A stretch of DNA of 45,740 nt from Deltaproteobacteria bacterium (GCA_026388595.1 JAPLJM010000045.1:1-45740), one strand, 5' to 3'. Positions 10,217-21,233 are shown, counted from the stretch's first letter. Numbers and translations: made by a program. Notes: generated by a model from the letters alone, not told the origin.

Positions 10217-10966
10217 TCAATTCCCTAAGCTCAGGATAACCGGACCTTCTTTTGTAATGGCCACCGTATGCTCAAAATGGGCCGATAATCGACCATCTGC
10301 GGTAACGACGGTCCACCCGTCGGAAAGGACCCTGACCTTGTATGTCCCTGCGTTTACCATGGGTTCAATGGCAAGGACCATTCCGCTTTTTAACTCAATC
10401 CCGCGGCCGCTTACCCCATAATTTGGAATTTGCGGTTCTTCATGCAGGTTTCTGCCGATCCCATGGCCGACAAAGTCCCTGACGACGGAGAATCCTGCCG
10501 CTTCAACCCGGTTCTGTACGGCCGCGGAAATATCACCCAATCTGTTTCCCGCTCGAGCCTGAAGGATTCCATCATAAAGGCTCTGTTCCGTCGTCTGCAA
10601 CAACAACAGGGTTTCCGGGGTGACTTCGCCGACGGGTACGGTAATGGCGGCATCCCCGTAATATCCTTGATGGTGGGCGCCGAAATCAAGGCTGACGATA
10701 TCTCCGCTTTTAAGCACCCGAGTGGACGGCATGCCATGGACGACTTCCGAATTGACTGATGTACAAAGAGCAAAAGGATAACCACGATATCCCTTAAATG
10801 CGGGTTTGGCCCCTCTTTTCTTGGCCATCTCCTCGGAATAGCGGTTAAGATCGAGGGTCGAGATGCCAGGCCTTATTTTTTCTTTCAGCTCCCTCAGTAT
10901 GTCCGCGACAATAACGTTGCTCGTCCTTATTTTCTCGATCTCCTCAGGTCGCTTGAGGATAATCAT
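10217..10966 (-). CDS. map: type I methionine aminopeptidase
   Basis: 249 aa; metal-ligand blocks VHG, DFGAHHQGYYGD, GHGIG and the EP/EH motifs. Confidence 0.95.
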   Translation of the reverse strand: MIILKRPEEIEKIRTSNVIVADILRELKEKIRPGISTLDLNRYSEEMAKKRGAKPAFKGYRGYPFALCTSVNSEVVHGMPSTRVLKSGDIVSLDFGAHHQGYYGDAAITVPVGEVTPETLLLLQTTEQSLYDGILQARAGNRLGDISAAVQNRVEAAGFSVVRDFVGHGIGRNLHEEPQIPNYGVSGRGIELKSGMVLAIEPMVNAGTYKVRVLSDGWTVVTADGRLSAHFEHTVAITKEGPVILSLGN

Positions 10967-10998
10967 TTCACGATAACCCTTCCCTCTGAAGGCGTCTT

Positions 10999-12306
10999 TT
11001 ACCGTCGTTTGGCAATTCGCCCCTTCTTCATAAATCCTTCATACTGTCTCGTCAACAGATGCGTTTCGATCTGTCCCGCCGTGTCGAGTGCGACACCGAC
11101 AACGATTAAAAGTGCCGTTCCCCCAAAATAAAAAGGAACGTTAAAATAACTGATCAGAATACTGGGAAGCACACAGACTGCCGAAACATAAATCGCGCCG
11201 CTGAATGTCAGCTTTGTCAGGACATCATCAATATAATCAGCGGTTTTCTTTCCCGGCCGGATGCCAGGTACATAGCCGCCATACTTTTTCATGTTATCAG
11301 CCACATCAACAGGATTAAAGGTCACCGCCGTATAAAAGTAACAGAAAAAAACAATAAAGGCAATGTAGAGCAGTTCATAACCGACGCGTCCCGGTACCAG
11401 GGCATTGGCGATGGACTTCATCCAGGGATGGGGAATAAAATTCGCAATGGTAGCGGGAAACATGATGATGGACGACGCAAAAATGGGCGGGATCACCCCT
11501 GCCGTATTAACTTTCAATGGCAGGTGGGTTGTTTGACCACCGTACATTTTTCTTCCCACAATCCGCTTTGCATATTGAACCGGAATCCTCCGCTGACCGC
11601 TTTCCACAAACACAATGACGCCCACCACTCCAACCATCATGACGCTCAGGATGAGAATGGAAAAAATCCCCATCTCGCCTGAAGACATCAGGCTGAACGT
11701 ATTGATGATCGCCTCCGGTCCCCGACAGACGATCCCGGCAAAGATGATCAGGGAAATACCGTTACCAATTCCTTTTTCCGTGATCTGTTCACCCACCCAC
11801 ATGATAAAGGCTGTACCGGCAGTCAGCGTGATCACCGTCATCATTCTAAAAGCCCAGCCGGGATCGATGACAATCGACACTCCCGTCGGGCCAGCCATGT
11901 TCTCCAGGCCGACAGCAATTCCAAATCCCTGGATGATACTGAGAATAACCGTTCCATAACGCGTGTACTGGGTGATCTTTCTTCTGCCGGCCTCCCCTTC
12001 CTTAGATAATTTCTCCAGGTAGGGAAAAGCGACCGTCAGCAACTGCAGAATAATCGAAGCGCTGATGTATGGCATAATCCCCAGCGCAAAAACCGACAAA
12101 TTGCTTAAAGCGCCACCGGCAAACATGTCAAAAAGACCCAGCAAGGATCCCTTGGCTTGCGCAAAAAAAGCGGCCAGTGCTGCAGTGTCTATCCCCGGTG
12201 TCGTAACGTGAGCGCCAATGCGATAAACGATAAGCATCAGAAAGGTAAATATGATTCGTTTCTGCAGCTCCGGTATCTTGGAGATATTTTTTAGACCGTC
12301 TAACAA
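10999..12306 (-). CDS. secY: preprotein translocase subunit SecY
   Basis: 435 aa, 10-TM profile, with [11 protein letters not shown] and RIPVQYAKR motifs. TTG start lies 1 nt after the rplO stop. Confidence 0.95.
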   Translation of the reverse strand: MLDGLKNISKIPELQKRIIFTFLMLIVYRIGAHVTTPGIDTAALAAFFAQAKGSLLGLFDMFAGGALSNLSVFALGIMPYISASIILQLLTVAFPYLEKLSKEGEAGRRKITQYTRYGTVILSIIQGFGIAVGLENMAGPTGVSIVIDPGWAFRMMTVITLTAGTAFIMWVGEQITEKGIGNGISLIIFAGIVCRGPEAIINTFSLMSSGEMGIFSILILSVMMVGVVGVIVFVESGQRRIPVQYAKRIVGRKMYGGQTTHLPLKVNTAGVIPPIFASSIIMFPATIANFIPHPWMKSIANALVPGRVGYELLYIAFIVFFCYFYTAVTFNPVDVADNMKKYGGYVPGIRPGKKTADYIDDVLTKLTFSGAIYVSAVCVLPSILISYFNVPFYFGGTALLIVVGVALDTAGQIETHLLTRQYEGFMKKGRIAKRR

Positions 12307-12307
12307 A

Positions 12308-12751
12308 TCAGATGACCCCTATAATCGTCCCGCCGGCGGCTTCAATTTTGGTTCTGGCCCCCTGACTGATCATGTCCACCTTTACAGAGAGGGGATAATC
12401 AATGATCCCTTTACCCAGCAGCTTGATCCCATCGTTTTTTCTATTGACGAGACCGGCCCGGATGAGGCTCTCTGCATCAATAACAGATCCTGCGGGAAAT
12501 TTATTCAATTGTTCGATATTAATAGCGACAATAATCTTTCGGAAGATATTGCGAAATCCCCTTTTCGGCAGCCTTCTTGCCAGAGGCATTTGCCCCCCCT
12601 CAAAACCGGGTCTCGTCCCGCCCCCGGAACGGGCATTCTGACCTTTGGCGCCCTTGCAGGATGTCCCCCCATGTCCGGAACCATCCCCGCGTCCAACCCT
12701 TTTTCTCTTCTTCCGGGAACCTGCCGGCGGCCTTAATGAACTCAGATTCAT
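12308..12751 (-). CDS. rplO: 50S ribosomal protein L15
   Basis: 147 aa; [28 protein letters not shown]. Confidence 0.95.
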   Translation of the reverse strand: MNLSSLRPPAGSRKKRKRVGRGDGSGHGGTSCKGAKGQNARSGGGTRPGFEGGQMPLARRLPKRGFRNIFRKIIVAINIEQLNKFPAGSVIDAESLIRAGLVNRKNDGIKLLGKGIIDYPLSVKVDMISQGARTKIEAAGGTIIGVI

Positions 12752-12945
12752 ATTTCACTCCCCTTCACTTCTTCCATGGAGACCAGATGGCAAACCTTCC
12801 TGACCATCCCCCTGATCTCAGGGGTATCCTCCAGCAAAACCGCACGATTCAGTTTGCCAAGCCCCATCCCCATCAGAATCTTCCGTTGTGACTCCGGCCG
12901 TCCTATATAACTTTTAATCAGTGTTATTCTGAGTTTATTTCGCAC
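12748..12945 (-). CDS. rpmD: 50S ribosomal protein L30
   Basis: 65 aa; [32 protein letters not shown] start follows a GAGGTGG SD. Confidence 0.9.
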   Translation of the reverse strand: MRNKLRITLIKSYIGRPESQRKILMGMGLGKLNRAVLLEDTPEIRGMVRKVCHLVSMEEVKGSEI

Positions 12946-12957
12946 AAACCACCTCTT

Positions 12958-13470
12958 TTATTCAGCACGTTTTGTTTCCGCGAGGCGCATTCCTCTCATC
13001 ATGGCAATATCTTTCGGATCTTTCAATTGGCGGAGACCATCAATGGTAGCCTTAACCAGATTGTGCGGATTATGGGATCCGAGGCATTTGGTCAATATAT
13101 TGTGCACACCGGCAACCTCAAGCACGGCCCGGACGGCGCCACCGGCAATCAGCCCCGTTCCCTCAGAGGCCGGTTTCAGCAGGACCTTTCCGGCCCCGTA
13201 ATGACCAATGATTTCATAGGGAATGGTCCTGTTCAAAACAGCGACCTTGGTCATGTTTTTTTTTGCCTGCTCCGTTCCCTTTCTGATTGCCTCCGGCACT
13301 TCATGAGCCTTACCGAGTCCGGCGCCGACGGCACCACTGCCATCACCAACGACCACGACGGCGCTGAATCTGAATCGCCGTCCCCCTTTGACCACCTTGG
13401 CGGTTCTGTTAATCGCGATTACTCTGTCAATCAGCTCAAATTCTTCCATTTTTTCTTTTCCAGCCATCAT
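12958..13470 (-). CDS. rpsE: 30S ribosomal protein S5
   Basis: 170 aa; [36 protein letters not shown]. Confidence 0.95.
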   Translation of the reverse strand: MMAGKEKMEEFELIDRVIAINRTAKVVKGGRRFRFSAVVVVGDGSGAVGAGLGKAHEVPEAIRKGTEQAKKNMTKVAVLNRTIPYEIIGHYGAGKVLLKPASEGTGLIAGGAVRAVLEVAGVHNILTKCLGSHNPHNLVKATIDGLRQLKDPKDIAMMRGMRLAETKRAE

Positions 13471-13500
13471 TTCTTTCGCACTGCGAAATCCAAACCCATC

Positions 13501-13866
13501 CTAAAATTTTAATCCCGCTTCTCTGGCCGCGTCCGCAAGCGCTTTCACGCGCCCATGGTAAAGATAGTATCCCCGATCAAATACGACCTGTTCTATGCCC
13601 ATCGCCTGTAGTCGTTTCGATACTAATTTACCGACTTCCCTTGCCTGCTCCATTTTTTTTAAACCAGCAATTGTCTCCCGCAAATCTTTACTCACGGTTG
13701 AAGCCTCTGCCAGTGTTTTTTGTGCATCATCGGCAATGGCCTGCACATAGATATGGTTGGCGCTCCTGAACAAGGAAAGACGCGGCTTTGCATCCGTCCC
13801 GAACATCTTGGCCCTGACCCTTTTTGCCCGTTTCGCTCTGATCTTTTCAATTTTTTTCGATGCCAA
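13501..13866 (-). CDS. rplR: 50S ribosomal protein L18
   Basis: [18 protein letters not shown] ... [25 protein letters not shown]. Preferred start is the TTG at 13866, 6 nt after GAGGT (121 aa). The track ORF extends to an ATG at 13908. Confidence 0.9.
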   Translation of the reverse strand: MASKKIEKIRAKRAKRVRAKMFGTDAKPRLSLFRSANHIYVQAIADDAQKTLAEASTVSKDLRETIAGLKKMEQAREVGKLVSKRLQAMGIEQVVFDRGYYLYHGRVKALADAAREAGLKF

Positions 13867-13941
13867 TGGTCTACCTCGTTTATATGATAACACCAGCTTA
13901 AGGATCATTTTGTTGATCCATCCCGCTGGTGTTTTTTACGA

Positions 13942-14481
13942 TTAGCTCCCGACTGATTTACCCACTTTTCGTCTGATCTTCTCACCGGCATACCGGATGC
14001 CCTTGCCCTTGTAGGGCTCGGGTTTCCGCAAGGCCCTGATCTCAGAAGCAACGCGTCCCACCAACTGCTTATCAATGCCGGATACCACGATATTCACCAG
14101 CTTATCGACCCTGACAGCAATTCCATCCGGAATGATGTACTCCGACGGGCTGGAATATCCGATCACCAACTTGAGCTTGTCACTGCTGGCTTCTGCTCGG
14201 TAGCCGACGCCGGAAATCTCCAGCTTTTTTTCGAAGCCCGCGCTCACCCCCGTCACCATATTCTCAATCAGGGTTCTCACGAGTCCATGATAGGACCTGG
14301 CATTCCTGTCGTCTGAAGTTTTTTTGACAACGATGGTTTTATCCTCCAGAGCCACCTCAATGCCCTGCGGAACCTTCAGCGAAAGTGTCCCTTTGGGTCC
14401 TTGCACGCTTAGATTCGCGTTATTCTGAATGATCTTGATACCCGCCGGCATCAGGATGGGCTTCTTACCTATTCTTGACAT
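13942..14481 (-). CDS. rplF: 50S ribosomal protein L6
   Basis: MSRIGKKPILMPAGIKI ... Start is the ATG at 14481 (179 aa). The longer track ORF (14529) overlaps rpsH. Confidence 0.95.
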   Translation of the reverse strand: MSRIGKKPILMPAGIKIIQNNANLSVQGPKGTLSLKVPQGIEVALEDKTIVVKKTSDDRNARSYHGLVRTLIENMVTGVSAGFEKKLEISGVGYRAEASSDKLKLVIGYSSPSEYIIPDGIAVRVDKLVNIVVSGIDKQLVGRVASEIRALRKPEPYKGKGIRYAGEKIRRKVGKSVGS

Positions 14482-14522
14482 GAACGAATCTCCATTTATC
14501 TTGCACGCTCTGCAGCCGCCAT

Positions 14523-14924
14523 CTACCAAACACTACAGAGGATCTCGCCACCGACGTTCAATTGTCTGGCGTCCTTGTCCGTCATAATTCCACGGGAAGT
14601 GGAAAGGATGGCGATACCATATCCATTCAATATTTTTGGTATTTTTTCGCTTTTTACATAAATGCGCCGTCCCGGTTTGCTGACTCTCTGGATATCGGTA
14701 ATGACGGTACGCTTGGCATCCGCATATTTGAGATAGACCCGCAGCATCCCGAAACCGCCACTCTCTTTTTTGGTATCATAGCCGCCGATGTAACCATTTT
14801 TCTTCAGCACTTCCGCAAGCTGAATATTCATGCGGGATAACAAAACGTCTACACTCTTGAAATGTCCTCGATTCGCATTTCGGATCCTGGTCAGCATGTC
14901 TGCAATCGGATCGGTCATTCCCAT
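14523..14924 (-). CDS. rpsH: 30S ribosomal protein S8
   Basis: 133 aa; MTDPIADMLTRIRNA. Confidence 0.95.
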   Translation of the reverse strand: MGMTDPIADMLTRIRNANRGHFKSVDVLLSRMNIQLAEVLKKNGYIGGYDTKKESGGFGMLRVYLKYADAKRTVITDIQRVSKPGRRIYVKSEKIPKILNGYGIAILSTSRGIMTDKDARQLNVGGEILCSVW

Positions 14925-14947
14925 AAAAGACTCCTTGATAATTATCT

Positions 14948-15133
14948 CTACCAGCTGGATTTAATGACACCCGGAATCTCACCTTTTAAAGAAAGATTCC
15001 TTAGACATATTCTACACATATCAAATTTTCGATAATAGGCCCGAGGCCGACCGCAGATCGGGCAACGATTGTATGCCCGCACTGGATACTTTGCCGTTCT
15101 TTTTGCCTTCGCGATTAATGATTTTTTTGCCAA
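14948..15133 (-). CDS. rpsN: 30S ribosomal protein S14, short type-Z (zinc-binding) form
   Basis: 61 aa; [20 protein letters not shown] (CxxC...CxxC), ends KSSW. TTG start follows an AGGAGG SD. Confidence 0.95.
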   Translation of the reverse strand: MAKKSLIAKAKRTAKYPVRAYNRCPICGRPRAYYRKFDMCRICLRNLSLKGEIPGVIKSSW

Positions 15134-15174
15134 ACCTTATGCCTCCTGGTGCCAATCTTTTTTGTGTTCAGGCT

Positions 15175-15714
15175 TTATTGTTTGAAGGGTACACCCATGA
15201 GCCTTAACAGCTGCCTGGCTTCCTCGTCCGTTCTCGCCGAGGTGGTGATCACAATATTCATCCCTTTGACCTTATCAATTTTATCATAGTCAATTTCCGG
15301 AAAGATTATTTGCTCCTTCAGACCCATGGCAAAATTGCCCCTTCCATCAAAAGATTTCGGTGAAATGCCCCTGAAATCCCTGACTCTGGGAAGGTTCACA
15401 TTGACCAGCCGATCAAAGAACTCATACATCCGATCGCTTCTCAGGGTTACACAACACCCGATCGACATCCCCTGCCGAAGCTTAAATGTTGCAATGGATT
15501 TCCTGGCCTTTGTAATGACCGGTTTTTGTCCTGTAATTGTCGCAAGTTCCTGGACAGCTCCATCCAAAATCTTGATATTCTGAATCGCCTCGCCAAGGCC
15601 CATGTTCACGACAATTTTTTCGATCTTTGGCACTTCCATACGATTCTTGTATTGAAAGGCCTTGATTAAGGCTGGTACTACTTCTTTCTCATAGTATGTT
15701 TTTAATCTTGCCAT
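15175..15714 (-). CDS. rplE: 50S ribosomal protein L5
   Basis: [20 protein letters not shown] ... Start is the ATG at 15714 (179 aa). The track ORF start 15756 overlaps rplX. Confidence 0.95.
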   Translation of the reverse strand: MARLKTYYEKEVVPALIKAFQYKNRMEVPKIEKIVVNMGLGEAIQNIKILDGAVQELATITGQKPVITKARKSIATFKLRQGMSIGCCVTLRSDRMYEFFDRLVNVNLPRVRDFRGISPKSFDGRGNFAMGLKEQIIFPEIDYDKIDKVKGMNIVITTSARTDEEARQLLRLMGVPFKQ

Positions 15715-15722
15715 TTTCTGAC

Positions 15723-16043
15723 CTATGTATCCAAGATTTCGCCGCATTTCCTGCAAACACGGACTTTTTTTCCATCATCCAGAATTTTATAGCCGATCCG
15801 CACACCAGTATCACACTTATTGCACAGAAACATTACATTCGAAATCTGCAGGGCGGCTTCTTTCTCCACAATACCCCCTTTACCCCGGGCATCGGGTCGC
15901 TGATGCTTCTTAATAAAGTTGAGCTTTTCTACAATAACCTTATGTCCTTCGCCGATCACTCTCATGATTTTACCGGTTTTTCCTGCTTCCTTACCGGTCG
16001 TGACCTTGACGGCATCACCTTTTTTCAACTTCATTTTCTGCAT
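15723..16043 (-). CDS. rplX: 50S ribosomal protein L24
   Basis: 106 aa; KOW motif [22 protein letters not shown]. Confidence 0.95.
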   Translation of the reverse strand: MQKMKLKKGDAVKVTTGKEAGKTGKIMRVIGEGHKVIVEKLNFIKKHQRPDARGKGGIVEKEAALQISNVMFLCNKCDTGVRIGYKILDDGKKVRVCRKCGEILDT

Positions 16044-16099
16044 CTTTTCAGTCCTTTGTGCTATCCTGCCGTTGTGTTATGGCGTGGCTCGCAAACCTA

Positions 16100-16468
16100 T
16101 TATAAAACCTCTGGCGCCAAAGAGATGATTTTCATAAACTGCTTCGCCCTCAACTCGCGGGCGACGGGCCCAAAGATTCGGGTGCCAACCGGTTCCAGTT
16201 GATTATTAATCAGTACCGCTGAGTTATCGTCAAATTTCAGAAAGGATCCATCCTGCCGACGTGTTTCCTTGGCGGTCCGCACAATGACGGCCTTCATGAC
16301 ATCCCCTTTTTTTACCTTCGAATTCGGTATTGCTTCTTTCACGGATACCACAATGACATCCCCCACGCCGGCATACCTTCTTTTCGAACCACCCAGAACC
16401 TTTATACACGCAACCTTCTTTGCACCGGAATTATCCGCCACATTCAAAACAGTCTGCATCTGAATCAT
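16100..16468 (-). CDS. rplN: 50S ribosomal protein L14
   Basis: 122 aa; [28 protein letters not shown]. Confidence 0.95.
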   Translation of the reverse strand: MIQMQTVLNVADNSGAKKVACIKVLGGSKRRYAGVGDVIVVSVKEAIPNSKVKKGDVMKAVIVRTAKETRRQDGSFLKFDDNSAVLINNQLEPVGTRIFGPVARELRAKQFMKIISLAPEVL

Positions 16469-16500
16469 AAAAAACCCCGCCTATCTGACTGCCTTCTTCG

Positions 16501-16758
16501 CTATTTTGCTTTTTCGAGAATCTCGCGCATCCGCCAGCGCTTATCATGGCTTAGCGGACGTGACTCAACGATAATCACTTTATCGCCAACATGACAACTA
16601 TTCTGTTCATCATGGGCTTTGTATTTCATATAGCTTCTGATATATTTGTGAAAGACCGCATGTTTCACCAACCTCTCCGCTCGGACGACAATGGTCTTAT
16701 CCATTTTATTGCTGACCACAATTCCCTTGATGGTCCTTTTGTTGCCACGATTAACCAT
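16501..16758 (-). CDS. rpsQ: 30S ribosomal protein S17
   Basis: 85 aa; GIVVSNKMDKTIVVRAERLVKHAVFHKY. Confidence 0.95.
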   Translation of the reverse strand: MVNRGNKRTIKGIVVSNKMDKTIVVRAERLVKHAVFHKYIRSYMKYKAHDEQNSCHVGDKVIIVESRPLSHDKRWRMREILEKAK

Positions 16759-16761
16759 GGA

Positions 16762-16956
16762 TTACGTGCGAACCTCCTTTTCCCTCTGAACCGTTTTTAT
16801 GCGGGCAATCTCCCTGCGAACACGGCTCAACGTGGCCGTCGAGTCCAACTGACCCGTGGTATGGCGCAGGCGCAGGCGAAACATCTCCTCTGCCATTTCT
16901 CTGCCTTTCTGGTTCAATTCGTCCACATTCAAATCTCTGATTTCCTTAATTTTCAT
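16762..16956 (-). CDS. rpmC: 50S ribosomal protein L29
   Basis: 64 aa; [25 protein letters not shown]. Overlaps the rplP end by 11 nt. Confidence 0.93.
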   Translation of the reverse strand: MKIKEIRDLNVDELNQKGREMAEEMFRLRLRHTTGQLDSTATLSRVRREIARIKTVQREKEVRT

Positions 16957-17368
16957 CAGACAACTCCCTTGTCAGAAACTTCGTGGATATGGATAGTTTG
17001 TGAGACGCCAACCGGAATGCTTCACGGGCTTCTTCCCTGGTCACACCCTCCATCTCATAAAGAACAAACCCGGGTCTCACCACTGCCACCCACTCATCCG
17101 GCGCTCCCTTTCCCTTCCCCATCCGGGTTTCTGCCGGCTTGCGGGTAATGGACTTGTGAGGGAAAACCCTGATCCATATTTTACCGCCTCTTTTGACATG
17201 GCGTGTCATGGCAATACGCGCTGCTTCGATCTGTCGGGCTGTAACCCAGCCGCATTCTGTTGCTTGCAGGCCAAACTCACCAAAGGTGATCTGGCTACCC
17301 CGGATCGCCTTCCCGCCCATACGTCCCCGTTGCAACTTTCTATATTTAACTCGCTTTGGTGATAGCAT
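16946..17368 (-). CDS. rplP: 50S ribosomal protein L16
   Basis: 140 aa; [21 protein letters not shown]. Confidence 0.95.
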   Translation of the reverse strand: MLSPKRVKYRKLQRGRMGGKAIRGSQITFGEFGLQATECGWVTARQIEAARIAMTRHVKRGGKIWIRVFPHKSITRKPAETRMGKGKGAPDEWVAVVRPGFVLYEMEGVTREEAREAFRLASHKLSISTKFLTRELSDEN

Positions 17369-17421
17369 ATTATTCGAACCCCAGTATCTACTCCAAGAAT
17401 CCCTCTAAAGGACGAAGTTTC

Positions 17422-18072
17422 CTATTTTTCCTTTTCTTTTCTTACAGGCAGGACTTCTCCATGAAATATCAACACCTTCACACCGATCAGCCCGTATGCG
17501 GTGTGGGCTTCAATGAAACCGCAGTCAATATCGGCCCTGAGGGTATGCAGAGGCACCCGCCCCTCGCGGTACCACTCGGAGCGGGCCATTTCTGCCCCAC
17601 CCAGCCTGCCCGCGCAACCGACTCTGATACCCTTCGCGCCGAACTTGAGCGCTGACGTTACACACTTTTTCATAGCCCTCCGAAAGGCAACACGCCTTTC
17701 CAATTGCAGGGCAATATTCTCTGCTACCAGTTGCGCATCAATCTCCGGCTTCCTCACTTCGAGGATATTAATGATGACGTCGCTTTTGGTGACGTTTTCT
17801 TCAAGATCCTTTTTGAGCTTATCGATTTCGGATCCTTTTTTGCCGATGATGATGCCCGGGCGTGCCGTATAGATGTTGACCTTGGCTTTATTTGCCGCTC
17901 TCTCTATATCGATGTGGGAGATACCGGCATGATATAATTTTTTCTTGAGGTATTTCCTGATTTTGATATCCTCATGCAGTAACTCTTTATAGCGCTTGTC
18001 GGCAAACCAGAGCGACTGCCATGTCTTGATGCCGCCTAGCCTTAATCCGATTGGGTTAACCTTCTGCCCCAA
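17422..18072 (-). CDS. rpsC: 30S ribosomal protein S3
   Basis: 216 aa; [24 protein letters not shown] with a KH domain. Confidence 0.95.
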   Translation of the reverse strand: MGQKVNPIGLRLGGIKTWQSLWFADKRYKELLHEDIKIRKYLKKKLYHAGISHIDIERAANKAKVNIYTARPGIIIGKKGSEIDKLKKDLEENVTKSDVIINILEVRKPEIDAQLVAENIALQLERRVAFRRAMKKCVTSALKFGAKGIRVGCAGRLGGAEMARSEWYREGRVPLHTLRADIDCGFIEAHTAYGLIGVKVLIFHGEVLPVRKEKEK

Positions 18073-18092
18073 ACTGTCACCTCCTCAAATGC

Positions 18093-18425
18093 TTACTGTT
18101 CATCCAGAATAATTGTGATATGACTCATTCGCTTCTTAATCGCGGCGGCTCTTCCCTGCGCCCTGGCCCGCCACCGCTTCAATGATGGTCCCTGATCCAC
18201 AAAAATTGTTTTTACGTAAAGAATCGTATCATCGATATTCGGATTCTGCTTGGCATTGGCGACAGCGGACTTCAACACTTTCCCAATCACACCCGCCGCA
18301 TACTTCCGTGTAAACATCAGGATTCTCTCTGCCTCCTGAATCTTTTTCCCCCGGACCAAATCCGCTACGAGTCTTGCCTTCTGCGGAGACATCCTGATAT
18401 ACTTGGCAACCGCTTTTGCTTCCAT
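18093..18425 (-). CDS. rplV: 50S ribosomal protein L22
   Basis: MEAKAVAKYIRMSPQKARLVADLVRGK ... Start is the ATG at 18425 (110 aa). The 173-aa track ORF runs into rpsS and is rejected. Confidence 0.95.
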   Translation of the reverse strand: MEAKAVAKYIRMSPQKARLVADLVRGKKIQEAERILMFTRKYAAGVIGKVLKSAVANAKQNPNIDDTILYVKTIFVDQGPSLKRWRARAQGRAAAIKKRMSHITIILDEQ

Positions 18426-18465
18426 ATCCCTATAAACTCCAAACCATGATCTTAATTTTAAAAGA

Positions 18466-18747
18466 TCACCTGCGTACTTTAGACTTTCGATCGCCGGCAT
18501 GACTGTAGAACGTCCTCGTAGGCGAAAATTCTCCGAGTTTATGTCCCACCATGTTTTCCGTAACGAAAACCGGAACAAATTTCTTGCCATTGTGGACGGC
18601 GAACGTCTGCCCAATTAACTCAGGAACCACTGTAGAACGCCGGGACCACGTCTTAATGACACTTTTATTTCCTGAAAGCTCTGCCTTCCTGACCTTTTCA
18701 AGAAGCTTTTCCTCAATGTATGCACCCTTCTTGACTGAACGCGCCAC
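18466..18747 (-). CDS. rpsS: 30S ribosomal protein S19
   Basis: 93 aa; [27 protein letters not shown]. Confidence 0.95.
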   Translation of the reverse strand: MARSVKKGAYIEEKLLEKVRKAELSGNKSVIKTWSRRSTVVPELIGQTFAVHNGKKFVPVFVTENMVGHKLGEFSPTRTFYSHAGDRKSKVRR

Positions 18748-18748
18748 G

Positions 18749-19570
18749 TTAACCTCTTCTTTTCACAATGTATTTATCTGTGCTCTTGTTCGTCCTTGTT
18801 TTATGACCTTTCGTCGGCACACCCCAAGGCGTACAGGGATGACGTCCACCGGAAGATTTGCCTTCTCCGCCGCCCATCGGGTGATCGACCGGATTCATGG
18901 CAACCCCGCGGACCTTGGGGCGCTTCCCATGCCATCTTGTCCTTCCGGCCTTTCCGATACTGACGTTTTCATGGTCGATATTTCCAACTTGACCAACGGT
19001 AGCCTTGCAGGCCAGCAGTACTTTTCTCACTTCCCCGGAGGGAAGTCTGACCTGCGCATATCCTTCTTCCTTGGCCATTAACTGTCCATAGGTGCCTGCG
19101 CTTCTGATCATCTGAGCACCACGCCCGATTTTAAGCTCCAGGTTATGTATCAAGGAACCCAATGGCAAGTTTTTCAGGGGCACCGTATTCCCTGGCTTGA
19201 TATCTGCGTTGTCTCCGCTGATCACAACATCCCCGACGCCGACCTTGTTTGGGGCAATAATATATCGTTTCTCGCCGTCATGATACCGGATCAAGGCGAT
19301 CCTGGATGTTCTGTTCGGGTCATATTCAATGGAGATCACGTTACCCGGCACGTCGGCCTTATCGCGACGAAAATCAATTAATCTGTATTTCTGCTTATGA
19401 CCGCCGCCGATATGCCGGCTGGTAATTCTTCCATAGTTGTTGCGTCCACCCGATTTCTTCAGCGGCCGTAAAAGACTTTTCTCCGGTTCGTTCGTGGTAA
19501 TTTCCTTGAAATCAGAGCATGTCTGAAATCGACGTCCCGGTGATGTGGGTTTATATTTTCTGATCGCCAT
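18749..19570 (-). CDS. rplB: 50S ribosomal protein L2
   Basis: 273 aa; [17 protein letters not shown] ... [13 protein letters not shown]. Confidence 0.95.
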   Translation of the reverse strand: MAIRKYKPTSPGRRFQTCSDFKEITTNEPEKSLLRPLKKSGGRNNYGRITSRHIGGGHKQKYRLIDFRRDKADVPGNVISIEYDPNRTSRIALIRYHDGEKRYIIAPNKVGVGDVVISGDNADIKPGNTVPLKNLPLGSLIHNLELKIGRGAQMIRSAGTYGQLMAKEEGYAQVRLPSGEVRKVLLACKATVGQVGNIDHENVSIGKAGRTRWHGKRPKVRGVAMNPVDHPMGGGEGKSSGGRHPCTPWGVPTKGHKTRTNKSTDKYIVKRRG

Positions 19571-19588
19571 TCCTACAATCCTTTTCCT

Positions 19589-19876
19589 CTATACGCCTTC
19601 ATAAACTTCGATGCGATTGCCCGGTAATAGGGTGACAATGGCCTTTTTCCAGGAGCGCTTCTGACCAACAATTTTTCCCGTCCGCTTTTTTTTGCCTGCC
19701 ACGTTCATCACATGCACGTCCATCACTTTGACTTTAAAAAGCTTCTCCACGGCATTGGCAATCTCAATCTTATTTGCTCTCGGATCCACCTCAAGAATAT
19801 ACTTGTTGGCCTCATCTTTTGCGATGGCACTCTTTTCAGTAATGAGCGCTCTCTTTATGATATGATACAATTCCAT
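19589..19876 (-). CDS. rplW: 50S ribosomal protein L23
   Basis: 95 aa; IKRALITEKSAIAKDEANKYILEVDPRANKIEI. Confidence 0.95.
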   Translation of the reverse strand: MELYHIIKRALITEKSAIAKDEANKYILEVDPRANKIEIANAVEKLFKVKVMDVHVMNVAGKKKRTGKIVGQKRSWKKAIVTLLPGNRIEVYEGV

Positions 19877-20505
19877 TATGACGTCAACGCCCCTTCAATC
19901 ATTTTCACAGAGGGTTCCAAAAAGACCACATGATCATGATTCAACAGATCATAGACATTGATTCCCTCTGCTCTAATCAGTTTTACACCCTGGATATTCT
20001 GAGAGGATTTTTCCAGGATAGGATTTGATCGATCAAGGATAAACAAGGCTTTCTTCAATCCAAAACGGTCAAACACTGCCTTAAATTTCCGTGTCTTGAT
20101 TTCCTCCAAGGGAAAATCTCTCAATACGATGATCCGCTGATCCTGCATTTTCATGCTCAGAGCGGAAATCAGCGCCAATTTTCTGACCTTTTTCGGCACT
20201 CTGAGAGCATAGCTTCTGGGATGCGGACCGAAGACTGTTCCACCCCCCCGCCAAAGCGGGGATCGGCTGGTGCCGGCCCGGGCGCGACCTGTTCCTTTTT
20301 GACGCCACGGCTTTTTCCCGCCGCCACGGATATCGCTTCTCTCCTTTGTCGACGCTGTTCCCAACCGCCGTGAAAGCATCTGCATTCTGACTGTTTCATA
20401 AAGAGCAGCCGGGTTCACCTCAGCGCCAAATACCGCATCGCTCAGTTCGAGTTGTGACACTTTTTTATTATCGATATCGTATACATCCAAAACCGGCATA
20501 ATCAC
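19876..20505 (-). CDS. rplD: 50S ribosomal protein L4
   Basis: 209 aa; GGGKKPWRQKGTGRARAGTSRSPLWRGGG. Confidence 0.95.
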   Translation of the reverse strand: MIMPVLDVYDIDNKKVSQLELSDAVFGAEVNPAALYETVRMQMLSRRLGTASTKERSDIRGGGKKPWRQKGTGRARAGTSRSPLWRGGGTVFGPHPRSYALRVPKKVRKLALISALSMKMQDQRIIVLRDFPLEEIKTRKFKAVFDRFGLKKALFILDRSNPILEKSSQNIQGVKLIRAEGINVYDLLNHDHVVFLEPSVKMIEGALTS

Positions 20506-20512
20506 TCCCGCC

Positions 20513-21151
20513 CTAACTGCGAACCCGCTTCTTCGCTTTCTTAATCAGAACCATCCCCGTTTTACCGCCGGGAATGGATCCCTTGATCAGAATCAGATTC
20601 TGGTCAGACCTCACGGCCCAAACCAGCATGTTCTGTATGGTCTTGCGCACACTACCCATGTGACCGGGCATTTTCTTTCCTTTGAAGACCCTGGATGGAT
20701 CCGCACTGGCGCCGATGGATCCGGGCGCCCGATGAAACATGGAACCGTGGGTGGCCCGCCCCCCGCTGAATCCGTGCCTTTTGATGACCCCGGCGAACCC
20801 CTTCCCTTTGGAAGTTCCGACTACATCAACATAATCGCCCGCCTGAAAAAGATCAGCCATCAATTCCTGGCCAACAACGTACTCGTCAGCGGCGGTTTTA
20901 AATTCGCGCAAAAATCTAAAATTACCCTTATCGGCTTTTTTGAAGTGTCCCTGAAGGGGCTTGGAGACATTCTTCTGTTTTATCCGTCCATATCCGAGTT
21001 GAACGGCCTCGTAGCCATCCGTTGCCATCGTTTTTTTCTGAATGACAATGGAGGGCTCTGCCTCCACGACCGTTACAGGGACTGCCACGCCCTCGTCAGA
21101 AAAGATCTGGGTCATGCCCAGTTTCCTACCTATAATACCCATTTCCATCAT
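20513..21151 (-). CDS. rplC: 50S ribosomal protein L3
   Basis: [13 protein letters not shown] ... [11 protein letters not shown]. The start is uncertain (ATG at 21151, 21148 or 21142). The track start 21187 is a TTG inside the upstream U-tract and is unlikely. Confidence 0.93.
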   Translation of the reverse strand: MMEMGIIGRKLGMTQIFSDEGVAVPVTVVEAEPSIVIQKKTMATDGYEAVQLGYGRIKQKNVSKPLQGHFKKADKGNFRFLREFKTAADEYVVGQELMADLFQAGDYVDVVGTSKGKGFAGVIKRHGFSGGRATHGSMFHRAPGSIGASADPSRVFKGKKMPGHMGSVRKTIQNMLVWAVRSDQNLILIKGSIPGGKTGMVLIKKAKKRVRS

Positions 21152-21184
21152 CTTCACACCGTCTGCAACCAGAGGGGCCGCTTT

Positions 21185-21222
21185 CAAAAAAGACAGGAGA
21201 TAAACCCTCGTTTATCTCCCAT
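21185..21222 (-). terminator. intrinsic-terminator-like hairpin (possible attenuator) between rpsJ and rplC
   Basis: RNA AUGGGAGAUAAAC-GAGG-GUUUAUCUCCUGU has 10 Watson-Crick bp plus 3 outer bp, two of them G-U. It is followed by CUUUUUUG. It begins 12 nt after the rpsJ stop and ends about 35 nt before the rplC start. Confidence 0.7.
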
Positions 21223-21233
21223 AATCATTTGAA

